Source: Verrucomicrobiota bacterium (GTDB lineage: Bacteria > Verrucomicrobiota > Kiritimatiellia > CAIKKV01 > CAITUY01). From it: a stretch of 64,000 bases of DNA. This document shows, one piece after another, positions 11,650 through 20,678 of the stretch. A program made the position numbers and the translations under genes. The notes below the pieces were generated by a model. It was not told where the DNA came from. It did not search any database and saw only the letters and a list, made by a program, of their open reading frames with translations. The stretch's first letter is position 1. Each line of letters opens with the position of its first letter. Where the stretch lies: assembly GCA_011391785.1 (NCBI GenBank), contig JAABPW010000228.1, positions 9,946 through 73,945 on the forward strand. Direction: 5' to 3'.

Positions 11650-12543
11650 TTACCGGCTGAAGGTGAAGATCCCCAGCAAGCACAGTCCATAGAGGATCAG
11701 GTCAACGATCAGGATCCCGTCTGTGAGAAGCGTCTTTTCGGGGCGGCCGCCCGCATCTTTCCTGTAAACCAGGTCAAGATACCTGAAAATCCCGAAAATC
11801 ACGAAAGGGATGGTCAGCGACAGGAGCGAGGTTCCGAACTTCTGAACCGTCTCGGTCGAGAGGGTGTAGACCGAGTAGGAGACAATGGTCGAGGCGCAGA
11901 CAATGGCGATGAGCTGGTCCAGCAGCTTGGTGTTGTAATACTCGAGGCTGGCCCGGTGGCCTTCCGCGTTGTCCTCGAGCAGGATTTTTTCGTGGCGCCG
12001 CTTGCACAGGGCCAGGAAGAGGGCCAGCAGAAATGCGCAGACCAGCAGCCATGGTGAAACGTGAACGTGAATGGCCAGCCCGCCGCCCGCCGCCCGCAAG
12101 ACGAATCCGGTTGCAATAATGAAGACATCCAGGAGGGCGATTTTTTTGAGACCGTAGGTGTAGGCGGCCTGCATGGCAACGTAGACGCACACCAGCAACC
12201 CGAAGTTGGGTGCCAGACGGGCGGCGCCCATGAGCGAGATGGCCAGAAGCATTACCGCGAGGCCGGCGGCCAGGGTTTGCGATACCCGTCCGGCGGCGAT
12301 CGGGCGGAATCGCTTGGTTGGATGGAGACGGTCGGCATCGGCATCGTGCAGGTCGTTGATGATGTAGATGCTGCTGGAGGCCAGGCAGAAGAGGGCGCAT
12401 GCGGACAGGATCCGTACCAGGGCATGGCCGGGCATCGATTGGTGCTGGTCGCCGAACGCGAAGAAGTATGCCGCCAGCACCACGAGGTTTTTTGTCCACT
12501 GGTTTGGACGCAGGATCCGGAGGATATCCAGGGGACTGTTCAT
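11650..12543 (-). CDS. UbiA-family prenyltransferase, decaprenyl-phosphate phosphoribosyltransferase (DPPR synthase)-like
   Basis: ~297 aa from MNSPLDIL; NDxxDxxxD motif (NDLHDADADRLHPTKRFRPIAAG); 8-9 TM helices; ATGA overlap with the upstream GT2 gene. Confidence 0.75.
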   Translation of the reverse strand: MNSPLDILRILRPNQWTKNLVVLAAYFFAFGDQHQSMPGHALVRILSACALFCLASSSIYIINDLHDADADRLHPTKRFRPIAAGRVSQTLAAGLAVMLLAISLMGAARLAPNFGLLVCVYVAMQAAYTYGLKKIALLDVFIIATGFVLRAAGGGLAIHVHVSPWLLVCAFLLALFLALCKRRHEKILLEDNAEGHRASLEYYNTKLLDQLIAIVCASTIVSYSVYTLSTETVQKFGTSLLSLTIPFVIFGIFRYLDLVYRKDAGGRPEKTLLTDGILIVDLILYGLCLLGIFTFSR

Positions 12544-13289
12544 GCGTGCGCTTCCGGAGGAGTGTTCCGCCGGGGGGACCGACGAAACCCGTTCCGGAAA
12601 AGGAGGGTCCAAACCATCTTGAGCGCCTCCCGGACGATTTTCTTGCTCATTTTGGAGTAGCCGGAACGGCGATCCTCGAATGTGATGGGGATTTCCTTGA
12701 TCCGGAATCCCTTTCGCCAGGTGGAGTGGGTCATCTCGATCTGGAATGAGTATCCGTTGGAGGTCACGCGGTTCAGGTCAATGGATTGCAGCACCCGGCG
12801 ACGGAAGCACTTGAATCCGCCGGTAGGATCCTCGTAGGGCATTCCGGTGATAAGCCGCACATACAGGCCGCCGCTCATGCTGAGGAGCAAGCGGCTGAGG
12901 GGCCAGTTGGTGATGCGGATTCCGTTGATGTAGCGTGAGCCGAGCACCAGGTCGTTCTCCTCGGCGGCTTTCAGGAAGTTGGGAATTTCGGCGGGATTGT
13001 GGGAGAAATCGGCATCCATTTCGAAGATGAATTCATACTGGCGTTGCAGGGCCCAGACGAATCCCTCGATATAGGCGCGGCCAAGTCCGCATTTGCCCGG
13101 CTGGTGGATGACGAAGACCCGGGGGTCTGCCGCAACCATCCGGTCGAGAATCTGTCCTGTTCCGTCCGGGGAGTTGGCGTCAACGAACAGGACGTGAACG
13201 TCGGGTTTGACTGCGAAAATAGCCTTGGCAATGGCCTCGACATTTTCCTTCTCGTCGTAGGTCGGAATAATGATCAGGACGTTGCTCAT
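12540..13289 (-). CDS. GT2 polyprenol-phosphate glycosyltransferase (Dpm1/Ppm1-like)
   Basis: 249 aa; GT-A fold motifs (IIIPTYDEKENV, VDANSPDGT, DADFSH DxD) typical of dolichyl/polyprenyl-phosphate mannosyl/glucosyltransferases. Confidence 0.8.
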   Translation of the reverse strand: MSNVLIIIPTYDEKENVEAIAKAIFAVKPDVHVLFVDANSPDGTGQILDRMVAADPRVFVIHQPGKCGLGRAYIEGFVWALQRQYEFIFEMDADFSHNPAEIPNFLKAAEENDLVLGSRYINGIRITNWPLSRLLLSMSGGLYVRLITGMPYEDPTGGFKCFRRRVLQSIDLNRVTSNGYSFQIEMTHSTWRKGFRIKEIPITFEDRRSGYSKMSKKIVREALKMVWTLLFRNGFRRSPRRNTPPEAHA

Positions 13290-13339
13290 GCGCGGCAGTA
13301 TGGCGGAAACGAAGGCGTCCGGACAAGTAAAAACATCAA

Positions 13340-13867
13340 TTATGCCTGATAGGCGAGACCGGCGTTAAGCGCCGCCAGGTTGCGGGCGAGAATGACGGGG
13401 CTTCCCGCGAGCAGGTTGCGGAGCAACATCTCGATCTGGGCGGGGTCCACAATGCGCCGGTGGGCCAGCAGGGTGCCCAGCATGATCAGGTTAGCCACAC
13501 GCTGGTCGCCCAGCCGGTCGGCTTCCTCGGTCGCAGGGACCATGACGCAGCTGGGGCAGGGCGTGCCCCGGGCCAGTGAACTGTTTACGATCGCCACGCC
13601 GCCGGGCGCCAGTTGGGGTCGGAATTTTGCCGTACTCGCCGGATTCATGACGATCATGAGGTCGAATTCGCGCGAAACCGGTGAGGATATCTCCTTGGTG
13701 CTCAGAATGACCTGGCAGGATGAATCGCCCCCCCTCACTTCAGCGCCGTAGGAGGGGAAAAAGGTGATGTGCGGGGTGGTTGTGATGGCCGCATTGGCCA
13801 GAAGTTTGCCGATGAAGACAATGCCCTGTCCTCCTGCGCCTGCAATCAGGATCCGTTCCGCGCTCAT
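13340..13867 (-). CDS. 2-oxoacid:ferredoxin oxidoreductase gamma subunit
   Basis: 175 aa; KorC/PorC family (ILIAGAGGQGIVFIGKLLA...); last gene of the four-gene operon. Confidence 0.85.
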   Translation of the reverse strand: MSAERILIAGAGGQGIVFIGKLLANAAITTTPHITFFPSYGAEVRGGDSSCQVILSTKEISSPVSREFDLMIVMNPASTAKFRPQLAPGGVAIVNSSLARGTPCPSCVMVPATEEADRLGDQRVANLIMLGTLLAHRRIVDPAQIEMLLRNLLAGSPVILARNLAALNAGLAYQA

Positions 13868-14646
13868 GCGACAGGTTTGCCCTCCCTGCGGAAAACACCC
13901 AGGGGGAATGCCGGGACCATGCCCTCCTTGACGAATCGGACAGCCTCCAGCGGGCTCAGCCGCATGTGGATGGGGCAGGGCGACAGGATTTCAACCAGGC
14001 TGTAGCCTTTTCCCTCCATCTGGCCCTTGAAGGCGGTCAGCAGGGCTTTGCGGGTTTTGCGCACACCGGCAGGGCTGTCGAGTGCCACGCGCTCGATATG
14101 CCAGGGCGCATCAAGAGTATTGAGCAGTTCACAAACCCGGATGGGACTTCCCATGGTGTGTGCATCCCGGCCGCAGGGAGAGGTTACGGTCTTCTGGCCC
14201 GAGAGGGTAGTGGGCGCCATCTGGCCGCCAGTCATGCCATAAACCGAATTGTTGACGAAGATCACGGTGATGTTTTCGCCCCGGTTGGCGGCATGGATGG
14301 TTTCCGCCATGCCAATGGCGGCCAGATCGCCATCGCCCTGATAGGAGAAGACGATCCGGTCAGGCAGGCACCGCTTGATGCCCGTGGCCACGGCGGGGGT
14401 GCGTCCATGCGCGGCCTCGCTGATATCGCAATTGAGGTAGTAGTAGGCCATGACGGCGCAGCCAACCGGCGCCACGCCAATGGTTTTTTCCCTGATTTTC
14501 AGCGAATCCAGGACTTCCGCGATGAGTTTATGGGCGGTGCCATGACCGCATCCGGGACAGAAGTGGGTGGGCTTGTTCACCAGGGAGACGGGCCGGTGGT
14601 ATACGCTTCGCCTGCTTGCCTGGGTTGGTTTTCTGGAAGGGCTCAT
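13864..14646 (-). CDS. 2-oxoacid:ferredoxin oxidoreductase beta subunit (TPP-binding)
   Basis: 260 aa; TPP-binding GDGDLAAIGMAE motif and N-terminal CxxC; ATGA overlap with the gamma subunit. Confidence 0.88.
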   Translation of the reverse strand: MSPSRKPTQASRRSVYHRPVSLVNKPTHFCPGCGHGTAHKLIAEVLDSLKIREKTIGVAPVGCAVMAYYYLNCDISEAAHGRTPAVATGIKRCLPDRIVFSYQGDGDLAAIGMAETIHAANRGENITVIFVNNSVYGMTGGQMAPTTLSGQKTVTSPCGRDAHTMGSPIRVCELLNTLDAPWHIERVALDSPAGVRKTRKALLTAFKGQMEGKGYSLVEILSPCPIHMRLSPLEAVRFVKEGMVPAFPLGVFRREGKPVA

Positions 14647-15719
14647 TTCCGGGCGCTCCTCTGGGGTGGTTTCGCCAGGCGTTGTATGGCCCGGACCACG
14701 GCGGATTCCTCGGGAATTCCCCCGCCCATGCGCCCCTCGAAGGCAAGGGGAACGCGGTCGCCGGCTGAAAGCTGAACATCCTCAATCATCTGGCCTGCGC
14801 TCATCTCCACGACCAGGATGCCGCGGACCTTTCCGGCAAGTTGCCGGATCCGAGCGCGGGGAAACGGCCAGAGCGTGATGGGGCGCAGGAGTCCGGCCTT
14901 GACGCCTTTTGCCCGGGCCTGGTCAATGGCGCCGCGCGCGATCCGGGCGCTGCTGCCGTAGGCCACCACCAGCACCGTGGCATCGCTCGTGAGGTACTCA
15001 TCATAGCCGACCAGTTCATTCAGGATCGTCTTGTATTTGGCCTGCAAATGGAGATTCCGCTGTTCCAGGGCGCCATCCTCCAGGAGTAATGAGCGGATGT
15101 GGTTGGGTTTCCTTCCCTTGGCTCCCGTGAGCGCCCAGGGTTTCGCGGGAATTTTCTGCGGGCGTCCCGCGTAAAGCGTGAGCGGTTCCATCATCTGGCC
15201 CAGGCGGCCATCGGTGAGCAGCATGACGGGGTTCCGGTAGCGGTCCGCCAAGGCGAATGCATCGATGGTGAAATCATGCATTTCCTGGACGGTATAAGGC
15301 GCCAGGACGATCAGGTGGTAATCGCCGTGCCCGCCGCCCTTGGTGGCCTGGAAGTAGTCGGACTGCGAGGGGGCGATGTTCCCGAGCCCGGGCCCGCCCC
15401 GCTGCACATTGACAATTACGGACGGCAATTCGGCGGCCGCCAGGTAGGAAAGTCCTTCCTGTTTCAGGCTGATGCCGGGCGACGAGGAGCTTGTCATGGC
15501 GCGCCGGCCCGTCACCGCGGCGCCGAACACCATGTTGACGGCCGCCACTTCACTTTCCGCCTGGATGAACACCCGCCCATGGGCCTGCATATGGTTGGCC
15601 ATGTAGGAGGTCAATTCGTTCTGGGGGGTGATAGGGTATCCGAAGTAGGCCTCGCACCCGGCCCGGATGGCACCTTCGCCGATGGCATCGTTTCCATTCA
15701 TGAGGACGCGTTTACGCAT
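14643..15719 (-). CDS. 2-oxoacid:ferredoxin oxidoreductase alpha subunit
   Basis: ~358 aa from the MRKRVLMNGNDAIGEGAIRAGC start at 15719; pyruvate-flavodoxin/ferredoxin oxidoreductase domain I/II; the ORF extends upstream but overlaps the delta gene. Confidence 0.85.
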   Translation of the reverse strand: MRKRVLMNGNDAIGEGAIRAGCEAYFGYPITPQNELTSYMANHMQAHGRVFIQAESEVAAVNMVFGAAVTGRRAMTSSSSPGISLKQEGLSYLAAAELPSVIVNVQRGGPGLGNIAPSQSDYFQATKGGGHGDYHLIVLAPYTVQEMHDFTIDAFALADRYRNPVMLLTDGRLGQMMEPLTLYAGRPQKIPAKPWALTGAKGRKPNHIRSLLLEDGALEQRNLHLQAKYKTILNELVGYDEYLTSDATVLVVAYGSSARIARGAIDQARAKGVKAGLLRPITLWPFPRARIRQLAGKVRGILVVEMSAGQMIEDVQLSAGDRVPLAFEGRMGGGIPEESAVVRAIQRLAKPPQRSARK

Positions 15720-15945
15720 GGGCCGATTCCTCTTCGTCGATCTCGATGGCGGCATCGGGACACATGTCGGAGCACTGGGCGCATCCGATGCAGCTGGCAG
15801 GGTTGGTGACAAACGCATAATGCTGGCCACGGGAATTGAGCTTCGGGGACAAGGCGAGAACGGTTCTAGGGCAAACGTCGACGCAGAGTTCGCACCCCTT
15901 GCAGCGCTCCCGGTCAATAGTGAGACTATACAGTCTGGGACTCAT
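15712..15945 (-). CDS. 2-oxoacid:ferredoxin oxidoreductase delta subunit (2x[4Fe-4S] ferredoxin)
   Basis: 77 aa; two CxxCxxCxxxCP clusters (CKGCELCVDVCP, CIGCAQCSDMCP). Confidence 0.85.
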   Translation of the reverse strand: MSPRLYSLTIDRERCKGCELCVDVCPRTVLALSPKLNSRGQHYAFVTNPASCIGCAQCSDMCPDAAIEIDEEESAHA

Positions 15946-15955
15946 GGGGAAGCCC

Positions 15956-17464
15956 TCAGGAACGGTAGTTCGGGGCTTCCTTCATGATCTTGACGTCATG
16001 AGGATGGGCCTCCGTCACGCCTGCCTGTGAGACCCGGATAAACCTGCCCCGCTGCTGAAGTTCATCGATGGAACGGCACCCGCAGTATCCCATGGATGCC
16101 CGGATGCCGCCGCAGAACTGGACCATGACCTTGCGGACCGAGCCCGTGTAGGGAATGATGCCTTCGATACCCTGGGGAACCAGTTCCTCCTCGCGGATAT
16201 TTCCCTGCCCGTAGCGTTCACGGCTGGCGGCGCCCTCGCGCATGGCGGACAGGCTGCCCATTCCACGATAGACAACGTACTGGCGCCCCTGGTGGATGAT
16301 TTTCTCGCCCGGACTCTCATCAGTTCCGGCGAAGAGTGAACCCGCCATGATCGTATTGGCGCCAGCCACAATGGCCTTGGGTACATCACCGGAATGCCGG
16401 ATGCCGCCATCGGCGATGATGGGGATCGACCCGGCGAGGGCCTTGGCGCACTCATAGATGGCGCTGACCTGGGGGATGCCGACACCGGCCACGACTCGGG
16501 TGGTGCAGATGGATCCCGGACCGATGCCGACCTTGACGCCGTCGGCTCCCGCATCCCTCAGGGCGAGGGCCGCCTCCCCGGTGGCGATGTTGCCGGCAAT
16601 CACGTCAATTTCAGGGTGATGCTTCTTGACCCACTTCACCATTTCAATCACGCCGCGGCTGTGTCCGTGCGCCGTGTCCACGACAACCACATCCACATCC
16701 TCTCGGGCGAGGACGGCGACCCGGTCCTGGTCGTTCGGGCCGATGGCGGCGCCAACGCGCAGGCGGTAGCGGGCATCCCGGTTGTACAGGGGTTCCACGT
16801 TCTCAATGAGCGTGCGCACATCGCAGAAACTGTATAGTCCGGCGAGCTTGCCGTCCTTGTCGACGAGAGGCAACTTGCCGATGCGGTGCTTCTTCATCTG
16901 GGTGTAGGCCTCCTGGAGCGTGGTCTCGGCAGGGGCGCAAATCACGTTGGAGGTCATCACGTCGGCAACGCGGATCTTGTTGTCGCTCGCGAACTTGATG
17001 TCGGCGGCGGTCAGGATTCCAACCACGCGGTCGTTCTCATCCAGAATCGGGAAGCCGCTGAAGGTGAAGCCCTTCTGCTGCTTAGTCTTGTGGACGGTTT
17101 CGAGGGTGTCGGTGTGGCGGAAGGCGATGGGGGCGCGGATCAGGCCGTTCAGGTAATGCTTCACCCGGGCGACATGGTCGGCTTGCCGCTTGGGCGAAAG
17201 GTTCTTGTGGATGATGCCCATGCCGCCAAGCAGGGCCATGCCGATCGCCATGGGGCTTTCGGTCACGGTGTCCATGGCGGCGCTGACGAAGGGGATGTTG
17301 AGGGTGATGTTGCGGGTCAAGCGGCTCTTGATGTCGGCTTCCTCCGGGAGGAAATCGGCATACTGCGTGATCAGCGAGACATCGTCGAATGTCAGCCCCT
17401 CCTGGGGGAACTTTTCCATAAAGGACTGCACAAAGGCATTCAAGCTCATGGGGCGAATCTCCAT
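15956..17464 (-). CDS. guaB: inosine-5'-monophosphate dehydrogenase
   Basis: ~502 aa; IMPDH TIM barrel with tandem CBS domains and the catalytic loop [11 protein letters not shown]; start taken at MEIRPMS (alternative MSLNAF at 17449). Confidence 0.9.
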   Translation of the reverse strand: MEIRPMSLNAFVQSFMEKFPQEGLTFDDVSLITQYADFLPEEADIKSRLTRNITLNIPFVSAAMDTVTESPMAIGMALLGGMGIIHKNLSPKRQADHVARVKHYLNGLIRAPIAFRHTDTLETVHKTKQQKGFTFSGFPILDENDRVVGILTAADIKFASDNKIRVADVMTSNVICAPAETTLQEAYTQMKKHRIGKLPLVDKDGKLAGLYSFCDVRTLIENVEPLYNRDARYRLRVGAAIGPNDQDRVAVLAREDVDVVVVDTAHGHSRGVIEMVKWVKKHHPEIDVIAGNIATGEAALALRDAGADGVKVGIGPGSICTTRVVAGVGIPQVSAIYECAKALAGSIPIIADGGIRHSGDVPKAIVAGANTIMAGSLFAGTDESPGEKIIHQGRQYVVYRGMGSLSAMREGAASRERYGQGNIREEELVPQGIEGIIPYTGSVRKVMVQFCGGIRASMGYCGCRSIDELQQRGRFIRVSQAGVTEAHPHDVKIMKEAPNYRS

Positions 17465-17574
17465 TATTCGTTGAAGTGTTGGCGGGTCATTATGGATTTT
17501 GACAGGGAGGGAATCAAGTGATTTCAACGATTTCAGTCTGGACACGCGGGCATTGCATCAGCAGGATAGGTCCC

Positions 17575-18360
17575 ATGAGTTCGAACACGGTATTTAAAAA
17601 GAAAAAGGACATCAATCCTGAGCGGTGGGTGCAGTCCCTTTTCGAGTTGGCCGCCAACCGCGGCGACACCAAGGCGGTGGCGCAGCGGGCTGTTGTGCTG
17701 AGCAAACAGCTCAATGTCTCGCCCTGGGTTGCCCTGGCCATCGCGGAACGCCTGATCAGTTTGAAAGAAGCGAGGTTGTTGGACCGGGTGGGGCGCTGCA
17801 AGGAGTTGCAGCCCGCCATCCTCGACCGGCGGAAGACGCTTGATGAATTGCGCAATACGATGCCGTATGCCGCGCACTTCCTGGCGGAGGAGTTGCTGGA
17901 ACACCGCAAGGGGCAGGGCTGGGATGTCCGGATCGTCGTGCGGATCCTCGACGCCATCCTGGGGGGGGAGAAAAAAACCGGTGATGAGGACTTCTCATCC
18001 AAGGTCCGGACCCGCCTGCTGGGCGATTACGAGGCGGTTGTGGATCGCGTGCTGGGGGTGATGCGGCGCACCCGTTGTGATGTGGGGATGGCTTTGGACG
18101 TGGAGGCGGGGCGCGCTACCGAGCAATTCGCCGGTGAGTATGTGCGCCGAAAGCGGACACTGGAGCTCGAGGAGCGACAGATGATGGCGCCGCAGGGCGA
18201 AGGAGGTTCTCCCCGGTTTCCCCAGCGCCGCGGGGACCATGAACGCCGACCCTCATTCCATCCTGCCGGGGGGCATAGCCCGGCCCCGGCCCCGCACCGG
18301 GATCATTGGCCAAGGCAGGTTGAGTCCCAGTTCACGCGGGATCACTGGCCGAAAACCTGA
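17575..18360 (+). CDS. hypothetical protein with Arg/Pro/His-rich C-terminal tail
   Basis: ~261 aa from MSSNTVFKKKKD; no recognisable family; divergent from guaB. Confidence 0.5.
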   Translation: MSSNTVFKKKKDINPERWVQSLFELAANRGDTKAVAQRAVVLSKQLNVSPWVALAIAERLISLKEARLLDRVGRCKELQPAILDRRKTLDELRNTMPYAAHFLAEELLEHRKGQGWDVRIVVRILDAILGGEKKTGDEDFSSKVRTRLLGDYEAVVDRVLGVMRRTRCDVGMALDVEAGRATEQFAGEYVRRKRTLELEERQMMAPQGEGGSPRFPQRRGDHERRPSFHPAGGHSPAPAPHRDHWPRQVESQFTRDHWPKT

Positions 18361-18405
18361 CGGTAACCTGCTGTCCTTTGACGTTTCCCGTCTTGTAAAA
18401 CAAAA

Positions 18406-18430
18406 AACCGGCTCATTGCTGAGCCGGTTT
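18406..18430. terminator. bidirectional rho-independent terminator between the hypothetical gene (+) and fusA (-)
   Basis: perfect hairpin AACCGGCTCA-ttgc-TGAGCCGGTT; on the minus strand it is followed by TTTTTTGTTTT, on the plus strand by TTT. Confidence 0.8.
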
Positions 18431-18452
18431 CCGTCAACTTCGACCGTGTCCC

Positions 18453-20543
18453 TTAATTGATCTTCTTGGCTTCGCGGCGCTTGGCCACGATTTCTTCGGC
18501 CAAGGTAAACGGAACCGCCTCGTAGTGCTCGAAGTGCATCGTGTAGGAGGCGCGACCCTGTGAGATCGTGCGGATCACGTTCGAGTACCCGAACATTTCA
18601 CTCAACGGAACCATGCCGCGAACCACCTTGTATTCGGCCTGCTCGTCCATGGATTCGATACGGCCACGGCGCTGGCAGATGGAGCCGGTCGCGCCGCCCA
18701 TGTAATCCTCGGGCGTCACCACCTCGACGGACATCACGGGTTCCAGCAGGACGGGACGACATTCCAGGAACAGCTTGTGGAAACCGGCGCGCGCCGCCTC
18801 AATGAAGGCGAATTCATTCGAGTCCACCTCATGGAACGATCCATCGTACAGGGTGACGCGGATATCCACCACGGGGTACCCACCCACGGGACCCCTGAGC
18901 ATGGCCTTGACGATACCCTTCTCGACGGAGGGGATGAAGTTCTGGGGAATGCGTCCGCCGCGGACTTCGTTGACAAACTCGAAGCCTTCACCGGGGGCGA
19001 GCGGTTCCAGTTTGAGGCAGACATGCGCGTATTGACCGCGACCGCCCGACTGCTTGACGTGCTTGTATTCGCCATCCACCTTGGCGGTACCGGTTTCGCG
19101 GTAGGCCACCTCGGGGCGGCCGATCTGGGCCACCACGCCGTGCTCGCGTTTCATGCGATCCACCAAAATTTCGAGATGAAGCTCACCCATTCCCGCGATG
19201 ATGGTTTCCTTCGTCTCGTCATCGAAGCTGACCACGAAAGTCGGATCCTCGTCGGCGAGGGAATGCAGGGCATGACTCAGTTTCTCGTCGTCTGCCCGGC
19301 TTTCCGGCTTAATGCTGATGGAAATGACGGGCGCGGGGAACTCGATGGACTCAAGCAGGATCGGGTTGTCCTCGCAGCAGAGGGTGTCGCCGGTCTTGGT
19401 TTGCTGCAGACCGACCACGGCCACAATGTCACCGCAACGGGCGACGTCAATGGACTCCTGGCGGTTGGCATGCATGCGCAGCAGGCGGCCGATCCGCTGT
19501 TCCTTCTTCTGCGTGCTGTTGTAGACCGGGGTGCCGGAGGAGATCTTGCCGGAATAAACCCGCATATAGACGAGCTTGCCCATGTGCTTGTCGGACATGA
19601 TTTTGAACGCGAGGGCGGAGAACGGCTCATCCTCGGAATGATTGCGGTGCTCTTCGCCTTCACCAACACGGCCGATGACCGGGGCGATATCCGCAGGCGA
19701 GGGGAGGAAGTCCACGATGCCGTCGAGCAGGCGCTGGACGCCCTTGTTTTTGAAGGCTGAACCGCAGTAAACCGGGATCACGCGGCGGGCGATGGTGGCC
19801 TTGCGGATGATGGCCTTGATTTCCTCCTCGGAAAGGTCGCCGGTCTCAAGGAACTTTTCCAGAAGTGCATCGCACTGCTCGGCGCACTTTTCGACGAGGT
19901 TGGCGCGCCACTTCTTGGCCTTCTCCATCTTGTCGGCGGGAATGGGGTCTTCGGTCCAGGTGCGGCCACGATCCGCCTCGTTATAATGGATGGCCTTCAT
20001 CTTCACCAGGTCGATGATGCCTTCGAAATTCTCCTCCTTGCCGATCGGGATCACGACAGGAACGGCGTTGGCGCCCAGGATGCTTTGGATCTTGTCCACC
20101 ACGCCGAAGAAGTCGGCGCCGGTGCGGTCCATCTTGTTGATGAAGGCGACCTTCGGGACGCTGTACTTCTCGCTCTGGCGCCAGACCTGCTCGGACTGGG
20201 GCTGCACGCCGCCGACGGCGCAGTACAGGGCCACCGCGCCATCGAGGACGCGGAGGCTGCGTTCCACCTCGGCCGTGAAGTCCACGTGCCCGGGAGTATC
20301 GATCAGCGAAATCCGGCAGTCGCCCCAGGTGGTGGTCGTGGCGGCGGATGTGATGGTGATTCCGCGTTCCTGCTCCTGCTCCATCCAGTCCATGGTGGCG
20401 GCGCCATCGTGAACTTCGCCCATCTTGTGGGTTTTGCCGGAATAAAATAGAATGCGTTCGCTGACGGTGGTTTTACCCGCGTCAATGTGGGCCATGATGC
20501 CGATGTTGCGAATCTTGGACAAAGGAAGTTTATCGTCAGCCAT
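18453..20543 (-). CDS. fusA: translation elongation factor G
   Basis: 696 aa; GTPase G1-G4 motifs ([21 protein letters not shown]); stand-alone, with no adjacent rpsG or tuf. Confidence 0.93.
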   Translation of the reverse strand: MADDKLPLSKIRNIGIMAHIDAGKTTVSERILFYSGKTHKMGEVHDGAATMDWMEQEQERGITITSAATTTTWGDCRISLIDTPGHVDFTAEVERSLRVLDGAVALYCAVGGVQPQSEQVWRQSEKYSVPKVAFINKMDRTGADFFGVVDKIQSILGANAVPVVIPIGKEENFEGIIDLVKMKAIHYNEADRGRTWTEDPIPADKMEKAKKWRANLVEKCAEQCDALLEKFLETGDLSEEEIKAIIRKATIARRVIPVYCGSAFKNKGVQRLLDGIVDFLPSPADIAPVIGRVGEGEEHRNHSEDEPFSALAFKIMSDKHMGKLVYMRVYSGKISSGTPVYNSTQKKEQRIGRLLRMHANRQESIDVARCGDIVAVVGLQQTKTGDTLCCEDNPILLESIEFPAPVISISIKPESRADDEKLSHALHSLADEDPTFVVSFDDETKETIIAGMGELHLEILVDRMKREHGVVAQIGRPEVAYRETGTAKVDGEYKHVKQSGGRGQYAHVCLKLEPLAPGEGFEFVNEVRGGRIPQNFIPSVEKGIVKAMLRGPVGGYPVVDIRVTLYDGSFHEVDSNEFAFIEAARAGFHKLFLECRPVLLEPVMSVEVVTPEDYMGGATGSICQRRGRIESMDEQAEYKVVRGMVPLSEMFGYSNVIRTISQGRASYTMHFEHYEAVPFTLAEEIVAKRREAKKIN

Positions 20544-20678
20544 AAGTATTACCTCGAACTACAGTTTCTCCCGAATCATTTCGGGGGTAAAAAGGCGCAC
20601 ACTATGTCTTCTGGGAGGGGGGGAATCAAGAAAATTATTGCGTCGGTTCCCCAGGCGCAGGTTCGGACATGGGTCAGG

